Of a stretch of DNA of 64,000 nucleotides, positions 1 to 11,900 are shown piece after piece. Within the stretch, counting starts at the first letter, position 1. Each line of letters begins with the position of its first letter. Source of the stretch: a virus. Its lineage: Duplodnaviria; Caudoviricetes. A program made the translations under genes and the position numbers. The notes beneath the pieces were generated by a model. It saw only the letters and a program-made list of their open reading frames with translations, did not search any database and was not told the origin of the DNA. The stretch lies in the IMG/VR virus record IMGVR_UViG_3300020577_003313; one strand, written 5' to 3'.

Positions 1-1
1 T

Positions 2-433
2 ACTAAGAAAGGAACATATGTAGTAGTCAAACTTGCATACCCAGCTGTGCCAGGATCTGTAGTTGTTTCTATTGACGGGACCGAGTTCATAGAAACTCAG
101 AACGCTAATCCAGAATCTAATCAATTTTTTGTAGACTATGAAAACTCTGTAGTTACTATTAACAGTTCTGCTCTTCAGGTATATATTGAATACTTACCTT
201 CTTATGTGTTTGTCAATAGAGCAAATCAGAATGTAATAGTTATTTACCACGATAAAGTTTTTGGCTCCTACACAGGAGCCATCACTGTCGGGTACGATTT
301 TGTTGTAACGCTAACCGTTAAGGTTACAGATTACTCGGAGCCAAGCCTGAAGAGTAAAACGTTCGACTTAATAGCCGCTAACTGTTTGACTAGCGAGACA
401 GATCCTGACTCAACGACCTATCTGGATATCTAA
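2..433 (+). CDS. virion structural protein, 5'-truncated by the window edge
   Basis: Frame is open from base 2 to TAA at 431-433; beta-rich composition; overlaps the next start (TAATG). Confidence 0.6.
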   Translation, partial: TKKGTYVVVKLAYPAVPGSVVVSIDGTEFIETQNANPESNQFFVDYENSVVTINSSALQVYIEYLPSYVFVNRANQNVIVIYHDKVFGSYTGAITVGYDFVVTLTVKVTDYSEPSLKSKTFDLIAANCLTSETDPDSTTYLDI

Positions 434-3003
434 TGTCCAATTCAATTTTAATCAACAGAACCGAGAACTTACCGCTTGAGAACACCCTTCTCATTTATTA
501 CACGATAAGTCAGACTGGCACTTGGGATCTGCTACAGGTAGACACCGCATATAGAAATGTGTGCGAGCAAGATTGGACTGTAATGTATCCAAACATACAA
601 CATCCACTTCACACAGACTTTCCTATCACGGTTAGCACTGCTTCTCAGCAGTGTATATTTGCCTGGAACTACGGTGGAACATACGGAATAGGGTCTGAAA
701 ATTTTGATCCCGGCCACTCCTATCTTACACAGTTAACCATATTCAATTCAGATTGTTTTGGTACGGGGTCTTCTCAGACCGGAATAAACACTGGTTCCGG
801 AGGAACCACTGGTACTAATACTGGAGTAGGACAATACGGAGGTTCTGGCGGAGGAGGAAGCTCTGGTGGTGGCGGCTCGGGTGGCGGTGGTGGTGGGTCA
901 GGACATCCTGTAAGTATAGTTATATTCCCTAGAGAACCTGGAGAAGAACCAGCACACGAAGTTTCTCGTGCTCGCCTTGAGGAAGGTGAGGGCGGATCTG
1001 GAGGAGGTTCCGGAGGCTCAGGAGGCTCAGGAGGAAGTGGAGGAGGAACTACCGGGGGTGGTGGCGGAGTCATACGCAGCGTTGGAATAATAATTGATCC
1101 AGATGAAGGTACAGGCGGAGGAGGGACCGGCGGGGGGTCTACCGGAGGTACTATTGGAGAATATGGCGGTGAACTACCTGGAGGAGGCGGAGGAAATCAG
1201 CAAGGTCATCCCACAGATCCAGAAATTGGCAGAGCAGTAATTATCGAAGACCCAGACCCAGGTAATGGGTCAGTGAGCAATAGTATAGTTCTGCCGGTAG
1301 ATCCGGCACGTGTAATTACAGAACAGGGTGGGGGATCTAGCAACCAACAGGGAACTGGTGGAGTAGTTATCATTAATGATCCTAACCATCTATATTCTCA
1401 AGTCTATAATCTAAATGAAGGAAGCTCTGGCGGATCTGGAGGCAGTAACGGAGGAGTAGGAGGATCTACTAATAACCCGGTCATACTTCCAATTCCGGTG
1501 ATCCTAGTAGAACCAGCTAATACTTCAATCTCACAAATCTATGTGCCGTCTTCTGAATCTTCTAACGGCTCAGTTGGAGATCCAGTAATAATATCAGATC
1601 CGTCCCTGGACAACAATGACCAAAATTATGGTTCTGTATCTCAACCAAGCATAGTCATTTCGGAAAACCAGCCTTCGGCTCAGTTAGATCTATCTCATAA
1701 CTCATTCGAGCACATAGGCAATTCACCAGGATTCTTAGACAGCATCTGGTACAATACTCCGACTGCGCAGATCTATTCATCCTTAGATCTTACAAAATTA
1801 GACACATCTTCTGTTATCCCTTCTAGTATAACTAGAATAGAGGTCCCTTACGATGACATACCTAAGGGGGCCAGTTGCTTTATAGGAGCTGTGTTTATGA
1901 TTCCTACGCAGTCTGTAGAAGTAGATGCTACTATCCAGCTGTGGCTTTTAGACTCTCAACAAAAGAGTATATTCCTTTCGAGTAACTATGGCAAAGTTAC
2001 TTCAAGTTCTTCTCTTACCTTATCATACAAAGTCAACACCTACCAGCTAATAGCTGGTCCAGTTACAGCAATAATTATAGTCAAGGATGTTGCCGGAACT
2101 ATAATTGGACTGGCATCAAAGAAGTTTGTTGTACGCCCGACAATAATTGCTAACGAGACAAACTACCAAGATAGGGTTGTTAGTAGCTCCTCCTATACTG
2201 CCGAAGGCATGCTGCCAAAAGCTATAGTAGACCTTGTTAATATTACAAGAGACCCTGTAAGGGTCTATTCTTTAGGATCAGAAACCAGTTATCTAATATT
2301 TGATAGAACACCTAATGGCGCGCTGTCCATTGCGTCAGTAGCAACTATTTCTCCTTCTAGTAATGATAGCTATTCTATGACAGTGTACTATTCACTGAAT
2401 GCTCTAGTAATAGGAGAACAGATACCATCTGTAATCCCTCTTCCTATTGAGGGAGATGTTGGCTTCGATAGTAGCTCACAAAGCTTAGTACTAGCATACA
2501 GTAATAGCAAGCTAATATTTAATGGAGAAGAGCTAATACCTAGCTCTCACGCAGTAGGTATATCTAGAACCTATTGTCCTTATAACTCTGTTATAATTGC
2601 TATTAGTCCCAATTCAAATTCGACTGCACAAAATAAGAAAATAATTGATCTGTACACTAGCGATAGCTTTAAGCTAAGGAACATTGTTGTAACATCGGTG
2701 ACTTTAATTCCTGACCCGTCCATAGACGCTACAGCAACTCCAGGAACAGTGGGATCGACTATCGCGAATATATCTTTGCAGACTCCTTATGTAGCTACAA
2801 GACTAGCTCTTGTGGTCAGTAAGATAAGAGGATATATTCCAGAAGATATAAACTCATATACTTACTACGCAGATAGTAGCGTTGATGGAAATGTAACGTT
2901 TAGTAATGTGAGTATACTAAAAGATGAATATTTCACTATACTAGTTCCTCAGTACGGAACCTATAATCCAGTTAATGGAAAAGTGTATGAGGGTAAAGTA
3001 TGA
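433..3003 (+). CDS. large virion-associated protein with Gly/Ser-rich low-complexity region
   Basis: 856 aa; poly-G/S linkers at roughly aa 110-350; beta-rich C-terminus; structural operon context. Confidence 0.65.
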   Translation: MSNSILINRTENLPLENTLLIYYTISQTGTWDLLQVDTAYRNVCEQDWTVMYPNIQHPLHTDFPITVSTASQQCIFAWNYGGTYGIGSENFDPGHSYLTQLTIFNSDCFGTGSSQTGINTGSGGTTGTNTGVGQYGGSGGGGSSGGGGSGGGGGGSGHPVSIVIFPREPGEEPAHEVSRARLEEGEGGSGGGSGGSGGSGGSGGGTTGGGGGVIRSVGIIIDPDEGTGGGGTGGGSTGGTIGEYGGELPGGGGGNQQGHPTDPEIGRAVIIEDPDPGNGSVSNSIVLPVDPARVITEQGGGSSNQQGTGGVVIINDPNHLYSQVYNLNEGSSGGSGGSNGGVGGSTNNPVILPIPVILVEPANTSISQIYVPSSESSNGSVGDPVIISDPSLDNNDQNYGSVSQPSIVISENQPSAQLDLSHNSFEHIGNSPGFLDSIWYNTPTAQIYSSLDLTKLDTSSVIPSSITRIEVPYDDIPKGASCFIGAVFMIPTQSVEVDATIQLWLLDSQQKSIFLSSNYGKVTSSSSLTLSYKVNTYQLIAGPVTAIIIVKDVAGTIIGLASKKFVVRPTIIANETNYQDRVVSSSSYTAEGMLPKAIVDLVNITRDPVRVYSLGSETSYLIFDRTPNGALSIASVATISPSSNDSYSMTVYYSLNALVIGEQIPSVIPLPIEGDVGFDSSSQSLVLAYSNSKLIFNGEELIPSSHAVGISRTYCPYNSVIIAISPNSNSTAQNKKIIDLYTSDSFKLRNIVVTSVTLIPDPSIDATATPGTVGSTIANISLQTPYVATRLALVVSKIRGYIPEDINSYTYYADSSVDGNVTFSNVSILKDEYFTILVPQYGTYNPVNGKVYEGKV

Positions 3004-4025
3004 CTATAATTAGTGATAGCAACTTCCCAAATCCTACAGTACTTAACGCGATAGACTGCGTATCCTCTTCGAGATACTTAAATAAGGTAGACGAGTCTGT
3101 TTCTATAATTAATGTTTGCCAGGATTCGCAGAATCCTAGCTTAGTCATAGTTAGTACAAGCTTGATCGGAGCATTTTTATTTACTCCTTTCTGCAAAATA
3201 CTTAGCGTAGACGGAGACACATCATATACTACTTTAGATATAGAAGCGCCTATTGCCGTAGGTCATTATAGAAATGCAGACATACCGATAGACACTCACT
3301 GCATTACAGCAAACCCAGAAATTGTATTTGACTTTGGTAGAGTAATTCCTAACTTCCTTTCTTGTTCTACAATTGTTTTTACTTTAGGAATGGTTGGCAC
3401 AGTGCCCCAGTCTTTTGGAGTTAACTTCCAGCCGCAGACCCCTACTGTAACATATACATGGACAAAAGGTGTATTACCGAGACCCATCGGTCTCAGCTAT
3501 AGTAATGACTCACTAATGGTAACTTTCCAGTATGATGGATCAAAAGATTGCTCCTGTAGCATACAGTGTGTGCAGCCGTTAGGAGTTAGCAGAAACCTAA
3601 AGTTCTGTCCAAACGAGACTCAAGCTCTTAAAATCAATACTTCTCTATCTGGTGATCCTTACACATTTACTCTTGCTCTGCAAGACTCAGTCGGCAATAC
3701 TTCGTCCATTGTAATTACATCTGTCTATAATGTAATCCCGAGGGCGCCATCAGTCAGCTTTGCTTCTAGCCCTAACAGAGTCGAAATATTTACAGACAGC
3801 CTTTCAGCAAATGGTATGGATCTAGGTGAGGCACAATATCAAATAATTAAATACGCCGGAACAGTTTCTAATCACGTAGTCTGGAAAGACTGGTCAGATC
3901 GGCCACAATCGTATTTTATTGATAGAGACGTATTGCCTAATCAAATTTATGGCTACGCTGTAAGATACAGAGGCAAATTCAATGATATCTCAAACTTGTC
4001 TTCTTGGACAACGATAAGTACATAA
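3000..4025 (+). CDS. structural protein with C-terminal Ig/FN3-like domain
   Basis: 341 aa; ends YFIDRDVLPNQIYGYAVRY...SNLSSW, an FN3-like pattern. Confidence 0.55.
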   Translation: MTIISDSNFPNPTVLNAIDCVSSSRYLNKVDESVSIINVCQDSQNPSLVIVSTSLIGAFLFTPFCKILSVDGDTSYTTLDIEAPIAVGHYRNADIPIDTHCITANPEIVFDFGRVIPNFLSCSTIVFTLGMVGTVPQSFGVNFQPQTPTVTYTWTKGVLPRPIGLSYSNDSLMVTFQYDGSKDCSCSIQCVQPLGVSRNLKFCPNETQALKINTSLSGDPYTFTLALQDSVGNTSSIVITSVYNVIPRAPSVSFASSPNRVEIFTDSLSANGMDLGEAQYQIIKYAGTVSNHVVWKDWSDRPQSYFIDRDVLPNQIYGYAVRYRGKFNDISNLSSWTTIST

Positions 4026-7000
4026 ATGTTTAATCCACAATACGGGCCATGGTCTTTAGAAGACTTTTCAGATTCAGAAGGTCTCACATTAGGAACTTAT
4101 CAGACTGTAACTGGTGGGATCCTTTCTTTACTACCTCTTGGGTATTCTTCTAAGTCTTTCACACAAAGATGGGCGCCAGTTTCTGGATGGAGTTTTACAA
4201 ACTCTTTAAATAGCGTACCAATTATAGAGTCAGCGTTTTCTATAATCAGCGGAGCATCTTTATCTGGACAAAGAGTCCCAAGCCTTACTGCTGGTTATTC
4301 ACAACATGTTGTTTCTGCTGGCGCGTGGGACATAAGAACTGAGTTCCCACTGTGGATTAGCGGAAGGGGATTTTCGGGTCAGGAAGCAAGAGCTTTGGAG
4401 CTGTCTAGAAATTCACTAGACAGTGGCTGGTATAACTTCTTTAGTAATGCTGGAACGGATGCAACACTAGAAATAGATGTTGCTTCTGTTTATGATATGT
4501 ACTCAGGAAACTTGACTCCTGGTTTCCAAACTGGCCAGCAGAATCTAACAGGACTTCCAGCTCTCAATGGTTTAGCCGGTCATGGAATTTATATTGATAA
4601 TGGCGCAAACTGGGATTTCCTAGAAATAAATCCTGGATGGATTAGATCTCTCAATCATCCAGAGCTAGCTATCTCTACTAACTTTACCCAGCCCAAAAGA
4701 ATAAGAATAGGACTAAGCAATAGAAATATATTTATCTCTACAGAAGATGGTAGAGGCGTAGCCGGAATAGGTAAGTTTAATAAAGCTACTCTTTCTGGTA
4801 ATGATCCGAAGATAGCATTCGGAGCTCCTAATTTATCCGGCATATACAATAAGTACCCATTCTTCCAGAATGGAATAAGTGGATTTGTTGGAGAAACTTT
4901 CTGGGACAATGTTAGAGTACTTTACGGGAAGAATGTAATCACAGACAATACTGGTAACAACCAGTATTACACCGTCCAACCACAAACTGCTTATTCGAAC
5001 GTTTACGATCCATCAATAAATATCAACTTCTGGAACTCAGCAGTTATTAATCATAGCGCCCACAAGGGCGGAGTTACATCTGTAACTATAGAATATTCAG
5101 GACTTACAGGATGGGCAGGCTACGCTACTGCTAGATTGACGGGCCAAAAAGGACCTACAAGTATAGACCTGACTAACTTACCTGTTTACTCAAATTCAAG
5201 AAGAGAATCGGCGCACCAGTCTATATCCAATCCTGTTAGATTTAGAATTGATCAGGCATCTTATGGGTTAACGATGCCTCCGACAGTTGACAGTATTTAT
5301 GTCTCTGCGTCAAACGAAGACGCTCTCCTACATATTTCACCAAACTGGAAACCAATAAATCAACCCATAACTCTAAGGTTGGCGGTTAATAGCGGATCAT
5401 TCTATGATCCTAGAATAGAAGTCGACCAGTACACTACCTTCCTACTAGAAGCTCCTAGAAATACAGAGAACTATACTTCCTCTATTACTGGAGGATTCTA
5501 TGAGTCTTCTAAGTTTAGCAACTTAGTATCTTTCTCTGGAACCATAACTAACGTCCCAGGCTCCCCGAGCCAGAGAGCAATAAGAAATTTTAGTATAGCT
5601 TCTGGTAATGCTAGAACAGGCAGCGCGGCATACTCTTACTTTGGAACAAGTTACGTATCCAATTTCTTTACAAATGCTGGGTTTGACAACGGATTTAGCC
5701 TAGTAACTGGATTCCCTCAGTATGTAAATAATAGATCATTTGGTCAGCTGGCCAATGGCCTAACCATGGTACCTGGATACACAGGTAAGGCCACAATCAT
5801 ATATGGTCCTACGCAGGTATCTAATCCTCAAGTACTAGCATTTGACGAAAGAATAAATGGAGTACCTAATAATCCTCAGCAGTATTCCTATGTACAATCA
5901 GTAGTAATACCGTCAAATAGCTTCAATGGATCTCACGATGCTTCTTGTGGATTCGAAGCAATTGTTCCTTCTGGAATTGCCTCCGGAAACCTTTTAGTAA
6001 GGTTTGATCTTCAAATTGCTGCCGGATCTGGGATCCAGGTTTACGCAACAGGAGCAGTAAATACAACGCCGAGCTGGTATCTATCTGGTCCTAACTACAG
6101 ATCTTACAAGAACGTTAGTCTACCTCTAATAGGCAGAACAGGTCAAATAAACATAGGCTTCATAGTTCCTTCCGGAACTCTATCGAAAGATTACATTGCC
6201 TACAACATAGATAACCTTGAAGTAGTTCCAGTTACCCCAGGATATCTATACTCCGCAGGAGTCCAGTCTTACTCCTATACTGGAGTTATCCAGCGGGCAT
6301 CTCTGACACCAGACAATAACTACTATCCAGAAGTGGCCTCAACCTTAGTACAATTCAATACAAGAATTGTAAGTCTTCCTACTGGTGATAATAGTATACT
6401 TGTCAGAAAATATAGAACCTCAGACTTGAAGGGATACAAGATCTACACTACTCAGAGTGGATACTTGGCAATGACTTTAGACGCCGAGTCTAAGTCTAGA
6501 ACCACTGGCTCTCTCAGCTCTGTTTATGTAACAGGTAATCTGTCTACTGGCATGATCACAGACTATCAAGTTCCAGTCGGAACTTGGATTGATGTAGGTT
6601 TGGTACATCAGCCATACACTTATGAAAGATTAAGCTACTGTAACTATTCAGGGTTAACTTCTCCTAAGAATTTTGCTGCATCCAACAGATGCTATCTACT
6701 AGTCAATGGATCACCCGTTGGTGTACTAGACCTAGAAAGAAATTGGAACAACAATGGACCGTCGCCACTATCTCCTCAGACCAGTATGGTCTGTGATGGA
6801 TCTGGAGTACTAACAATATGCTCCGGCATCTATGCTGATATTGCTGGCCTAAAGATAAGCAGACCAATAATAGCTGACGCAGAAATAGATCATTCCATAA
6901 AGTATTCCAAGGTTTCTCTACCTTATTTTACTCCGCCATACTACTTTAGTCCTGCTGTGGCTGATGATGTTCCTAACGTTCTAACAAGAACGAGCGGCGC

Positions 7001-8927
7001 TCTCGGGTACGATACTCATATCGGAAGCTTGTATTCTTTCGATGGCCCAGGATATACAAACTGGGACCACGGCCCGTGGAGAAATCATCTAATATTCTAT
7101 GGTACTGTAAACAAGTCGATAGGTAATCCTTACGGAGTATCAGGTTTAGGATGTACAGCAATAGCTTCTGGTTCATTTGCTTTAGCAAGATATAGCTCTT
7201 CTACTGAACGCTATATCAATACCACGGGCAACTTGTCCATAAACTATAACGGACTAGGTACAGAATCTGGTCTATTTAAAGTTGGCGGGTGGGTATATCC
7301 TTTCAACTCGGGCCAAGATTTCTTCCATATCTATAAAGATATTAGCATGACCGGAGACAGAATATCCTTAGGATATTCTAACTCTATGCAGCTAACACTT
7401 TCTAAGAGAACCAGCGATACTGCCACAACATGGAGCGTCACAGGATCTTATAGCCATAAGATCACTGGCTGGAACTGGGTAGAGGCTATCCTCAGTTTAG
7501 GTAACTATACTGGCCAGTCTCAGACTGGGTTTGTCTCTGCGAGACTCTACTCTACTTCTGGAGTAGAACTAACTACAGGGTTCACCGGAGTGAACTACGG
7601 ATTCCAGTATTACGGGAGATCTGGAACAAGCTTTGAGAGCTGTATAGTCTTCGGTAAGACTTCTACTGTAGCCTTAAATGACTGGTTCATTTGTCCTGTT
7701 CCAACAGGTGATATAAGAAATATAGCTGACCCAACAGCTATCAAGAGTGGCAGATACCAGGTTCTATTAAAGAATAATGTAGTAAATCCTGACCAGCCTT
7801 CTTGGTATTCTTACAGCCAAGTAAGACTCCCGGTTTCTGGAGGAGATCCAGGAAACGACTTCTATTCTATAGCTGCCCACAATAGGTACGATAACTTCTC
7901 TAGGATGAACGGTGGTATCAATCTTTATGATGATCAGCCATTCAAGAATGTTCCGGCATATTATTTACAGTTTAATACCAATCCTATTGACTTGATGTTT
8001 GGCACAAACAAGTCTCCAATCAAGATTGGTAACCAAGTTCCAAAGGGAGCGATCAATCTTGCTAGAGTTAACTCTCCAGCATATGATGTCGATACCTCAG
8101 TATCAGTAGTTGATCTATCCTACCTAAACGAGAATAACCTATCATCTTTTAAGGATAGCGTTTATGCTATAACAAAAGCAGGCGGTACAGTAACTACTAA
8201 TACACTCACTGGATCTTTCTACGGTATAAACTCAGGACTATTCAGCGGAAGATGTAACTTGTCCCTATCTGGACAGGTCCACTCTAAAGACATTAACGTA
8301 ACTAGCGTTTCTATTGTAGATCCTAATTCTTCCGTTGTAACAGAAGGATTCTATTGCTATCTAGTAGGAAGAGGCAAGAACGTTATCAAGATTGAAGATG
8401 CATATCCTCATCCAACTGGACAAGTTAATTACTACAGCAGCGGGGTGAGTATTGCGCAGTATACAGAAAACCTAGAAAAAGTAAAGTCGGCTATAAAGCT
8501 AAAAGACTCCGATGGAAATGAGATTCCATATGAGTCTTACCCATTCAATATATTGACGTCTCCCTTCACTCCTGATTCACTATCCGCAGCAATCAGAGAT
8601 GGAATATCCGTCAATATCAATGGAATAGGTAATTACACTGGCGCAAATTACTTAAGTGATGGTCTCTTCTCTGTCATATTATTGACTAACAAGAGAACAT
8701 CTAACGAACATAGTTCAGTATGGATTCATTATCCTTCATATGATCTGGCTAGAGCAAAACTAGATTTGTCTGCAAAAGAAATAGTGAACCCAATTCCAAT
8801 AATGAGAATGGCGCAGAAGTCAACTGAGTATCTACCCGGTAGATATAGTTTTGACAGAGATCCAGATTCGTTATTGTATAGCGTAAATATATTTGGAATC
8901 AACAGTGGCTACTCCAACAAGCTTTAG
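4026..8927 (+). CDS. very large virion/tail protein with lectin/LamG-like beta-sandwich segments
   Basis: 1633 aa, S/T/G/N-rich; segments such as VPVGTWIDVGLV...LLVNGSPVG and GGWVYP resemble ConA/LamG folds. Confidence 0.6.
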   Translation: MFNPQYGPWSLEDFSDSEGLTLGTYQTVTGGILSLLPLGYSSKSFTQRWAPVSGWSFTNSLNSVPIIESAFSIISGASLSGQRVPSLTAGYSQHVVSAGAWDIRTEFPLWISGRGFSGQEARALELSRNSLDSGWYNFFSNAGTDATLEIDVASVYDMYSGNLTPGFQTGQQNLTGLPALNGLAGHGIYIDNGANWDFLEINPGWIRSLNHPELAISTNFTQPKRIRIGLSNRNIFISTEDGRGVAGIGKFNKATLSGNDPKIAFGAPNLSGIYNKYPFFQNGISGFVGETFWDNVRVLYGKNVITDNTGNNQYYTVQPQTAYSNVYDPSININFWNSAVINHSAHKGGVTSVTIEYSGLTGWAGYATARLTGQKGPTSIDLTNLPVYSNSRRESAHQSISNPVRFRIDQASYGLTMPPTVDSIYVSASNEDALLHISPNWKPINQPITLRLAVNSGSFYDPRIEVDQYTTFLLEAPRNTENYTSSITGGFYESSKFSNLVSFSGTITNVPGSPSQRAIRNFSIASGNARTGSAAYSYFGTSYVSNFFTNAGFDNGFSLVTGFPQYVNNRSFGQLANGLTMVPGYTGKATIIYGPTQVSNPQVLAFDERINGVPNNPQQYSYVQSVVIPSNSFNGSHDASCGFEAIVPSGIASGNLLVRFDLQIAAGSGIQVYATGAVNTTPSWYLSGPNYRSYKNVSLPLIGRTGQINIGFIVPSGTLSKDYIAYNIDNLEVVPVTPGYLYSAGVQSYSYTGVIQRASLTPDNNYYPEVASTLVQFNTRIVSLPTGDNSILVRKYRTSDLKGYKIYTTQSGYLAMTLDAESKSRTTGSLSSVYVTGNLSTGMITDYQVPVGTWIDVGLVHQPYTYERLSYCNYSGLTSPKNFAASNRCYLLVNGSPVGVLDLERNWNNNGPSPLSPQTSMVCDGSGVLTICSGIYADIAGLKISRPIIADAEIDHSIKYSKVSLPYFTPPYYFSPAVADDVPNVLTRTSGALGYDTHIGSLYSFDGPGYTNWDHGPWRNHLIFYGTVNKSIGNPYGVSGLGCTAIASGSFALARYSSSTERYINTTGNLSINYNGLGTESGLFKVGGWVYPFNSGQDFFHIYKDISMTGDRISLGYSNSMQLTLSKRTSDTATTWSVTGSYSHKITGWNWVEAILSLGNYTGQSQTGFVSARLYSTSGVELTTGFTGVNYGFQYYGRSGTSFESCIVFGKTSTVALNDWFICPVPTGDIRNIADPTAIKSGRYQVLLKNNVVNPDQPSWYSYSQVRLPVSGGDPGNDFYSIAAHNRYDNFSRMNGGINLYDDQPFKNVPAYYLQFNTNPIDLMFGTNKSPIKIGNQVPKGAINLARVNSPAYDVDTSVSVVDLSYLNENNLSSFKDSVYAITKAGGTVTTNTLTGSFYGINSGLFSGRCNLSLSGQVHSKDINVTSVSIVDPNSSVVTEGFYCYLVGRGKNVIKIEDAYPHPTGQVNYYSSGVSIAQYTENLEKVKSAIKLKDSDGNEIPYESYPFNILTSPFTPDSLSAAIRDGISVNINGIGNYTGANYLSDGLFSVILLTNKRTSNEHSSVWIHYPSYDLARAKLDLSAKEIVNPIPIMRMAQKSTEYLPGRYSFDRDPDSLLYSVNIFGINSGYSNKL

Positions 8928-11900
8928 TAACCAAACGCTGGACTTCATTAGGCTGGCTACCCAGGACATAGCAACCTGCCCTCAGGCAGGTTTAGCTATT
9001 TACCCGCAGAACTCTAAAGATACTGTTCTATCAATCAACGTATCCACGACTGCTGTAAACATTAAGTATATAGCGTCCACAATACTTACCCAGTCGATAC
9101 CTTACATAGGTAAATCTCTAGAAGAATTAGCTACTGAAATAAATAGCTTAACCATACCTATCAAAGCGGTTCCTACTTTAAGGAACTATATTCTAAGCTC
9201 TGGAGATCTGTTTCTATATGACTCGGTATCTTACTTCCAAGTTCCTGACGGATTCAGAATCCTAGACAGAACTACTAATGACGGGGTTCTAATTAGAACT
9301 AATAAGTTCACAGTTAGTCACAAAAAGCTAACCAACTTTAGCCTAAAAAGACCATACAACACGTCGCTTTCTTATCCATGGTATCCTGTTATATCTAACG
9401 GAGAGTTCACATACAGATACAACGGTAACCTTTATAGGTTCAAGATACCAGAATTTGACAAACAGGTATGGTCAATAAAGTACGGCAAGCCTTTCAAAGA
9501 TGTAATAAACGGCGCACTCAAGTTACTGAAGAACAATGCCTATAAAGTCGAAAGAACTCCGATCTTCTGGAGCGGAGAAAACATCAAGATATACAACTCA
9601 GATTCTCTAGTTCCTAATTCTCTCATAGAAGATATTGACGTTAACAATGGCATAATTTATTTCAAGCCAAACAACGTTATCACAGAAGAAACACAGATAG
9701 ATTATACATACCTGGAAGAGAACTATGAGTACACCGGCATAAATATAAACGGCCACACTACACAGAATCCTTCAGTACTGGATAAGTTTGTAGTAATATA
9801 TGCTCTGCCAGCAGAAGGTGTAAACTATCTTGCAAACAATAAAACAATATACCATGTAATCTCTGATTCTGTCGAGGAAGCTGTAGCCTCAATAGAGAAA
9901 GACAACTACAATAATCCTGTTGTAGTAGTGGGCGCTTACTGTATACAGCAAGTGTACACTTCCGATAGAATCTCAATCTTAGATACCAGAACTCTTGGAG
10001 GAGGTCTAGTAGATCCAGAAGGACCTAAGAGTCCTGTCCACAAGATAGCTAAGATACTTAATAAGAAGAAAGAGACACCTATAGAAAACAGCTTAGTCGA
10101 GGCCGGATCCTTCTTTGATATAGGAACATATGATGGTAAAGCATATCCAGGCGCTGGTTCTGTTGCTATGGAGATGCCAGATTCCGTCAAAGATTTGCTA
10201 CCAGAATCAGATCTGAAACTAAGAGCTACAAAGTTCTTGGCCGCTGGTATATATCCAGTAATGTCTTTCTACAAAACACCGCTTCCGGCGGTGTCAGGAC
10301 TATCAACGCAGATAAGCTGCTTCTTCAACGGCGGAATAATTGATAGCAAGAACCTTGCTACTGGCACCTTCTGGTTTAGAAGTCCAGTCTCTATTCCTGG
10401 GACAGCCACAGGAAACTGGAATACCTCAACGGACAATCTACTTGTCCCAGCTTCCAAGCTAGACGGAACTGGCGTTATATCTACTAATCCGTCTCACGGA
10501 GCTTACCAGACTTATTTAAAGTCTACTCCTGTCGCTGGCATAGAATACTACAAGAGAACTTACACTGTATCTAAGAATAGTAATCACGACGAGAAACACT
10601 ATTCTCCTTGGGAAAGAGTAGTTCTAAACGATACAAGAGAAGTAGCAACTGGTCAGTTGATAAAGGGATATGTCAGCTTCCCAGAGTCTATGAATAATGT
10701 AGAGTATAGAAGTGTGACTGTTAACAGTCCATATAGACTAGACTTTACAGGAAGATTCAAGACAGATGTTGCTTCTGAAATATACAATATCCACAACGCG
10801 ATCTCTGGCAGAACCGATAGCGTCACTACCTATGGTACAGTTATTTATCCTGTACTTCATGCATCAGTAAGCGATGACGCTACTATGCCTAGATATGACA
10901 GCTATGCTGGTACTCCTAAACCACTTGACTATGTAGGAGACATAGTTCAGACAGACCTGAGTTCTACATACTCCGGATTCTACACTAGAATCGGCGATTA
11001 CATTTCTGTAGCTTTAGGATTCGATGATAATTCTTTTTCTGGAATGTTTAGGTTCTTTGACCAGAACTCTTTAACATACAGAGAACTATATGAATCGGCA
11101 TCAGGAATTGACGCAACATCAATTCTAGAATGTGTAAATAATTACGGCGCCTATAGGAAGAACCTATTTGGAACTGGAGATTACTACTACACAAACATAA
11201 AAGCAAAGATGCCAGCCCTTGTATGGAAACATACAGTTTCTGTAGGTGATACTAATTATTTACCTGCTACCTATAACTACAGTGTAGATGCTGGAATCTA
11301 TACCGTATCTGGCAAGCTTCACAGAATACCTGAAGTGTCTGGCTATTCTTCGGCAGAAGTCTATGAAGAAAACAATACAGACTTTGAATACTTAAAGTCT
11401 GCACAAGGCATCATATCGTCTGTAGAATTAGTTGAGAACTTCACAGGAAGTTACGCACAGTCTATTAGACCATACATTCAAGCAGTCTGGAGTGGAGTAT
11501 CCACGGCTATGGATAGAATGCCAGACGCTATTAACGGTACCAGAACTATTAATGGAAACGAAGTAGTTCAGCACTGGTACATGCCATACAATAGATATGG
11601 CAGATATGCTGGATCTCTAGTCAATCAATTAATTAATTGCTACGAGCATTTGAAGAATGCCCAAACTACAACTGGCGGGCTGACTTGGTCAAGCACGCCT
11701 GGACTAGATGTCAAAACATTAGCCTCAGGCTTCAGATACATAGAGGATACACTCTACACAGCCTACCCAGGATTCTCTGAGACAATAGCCAGAGGAGGTA
11801 TGCTAGATGAGTATACTTCTGATCTGCTCTACGGATATGGTTGGTACTCTGTAAACAAGACAGCACACGATACTATCGTATCTACATATAATCCACTGCT

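Noticed and set aside
774-1073. Pro-rich minus-strand ORF
   Set aside because: Antisense shadow of the Gly-rich codons of the 856-aa gene.
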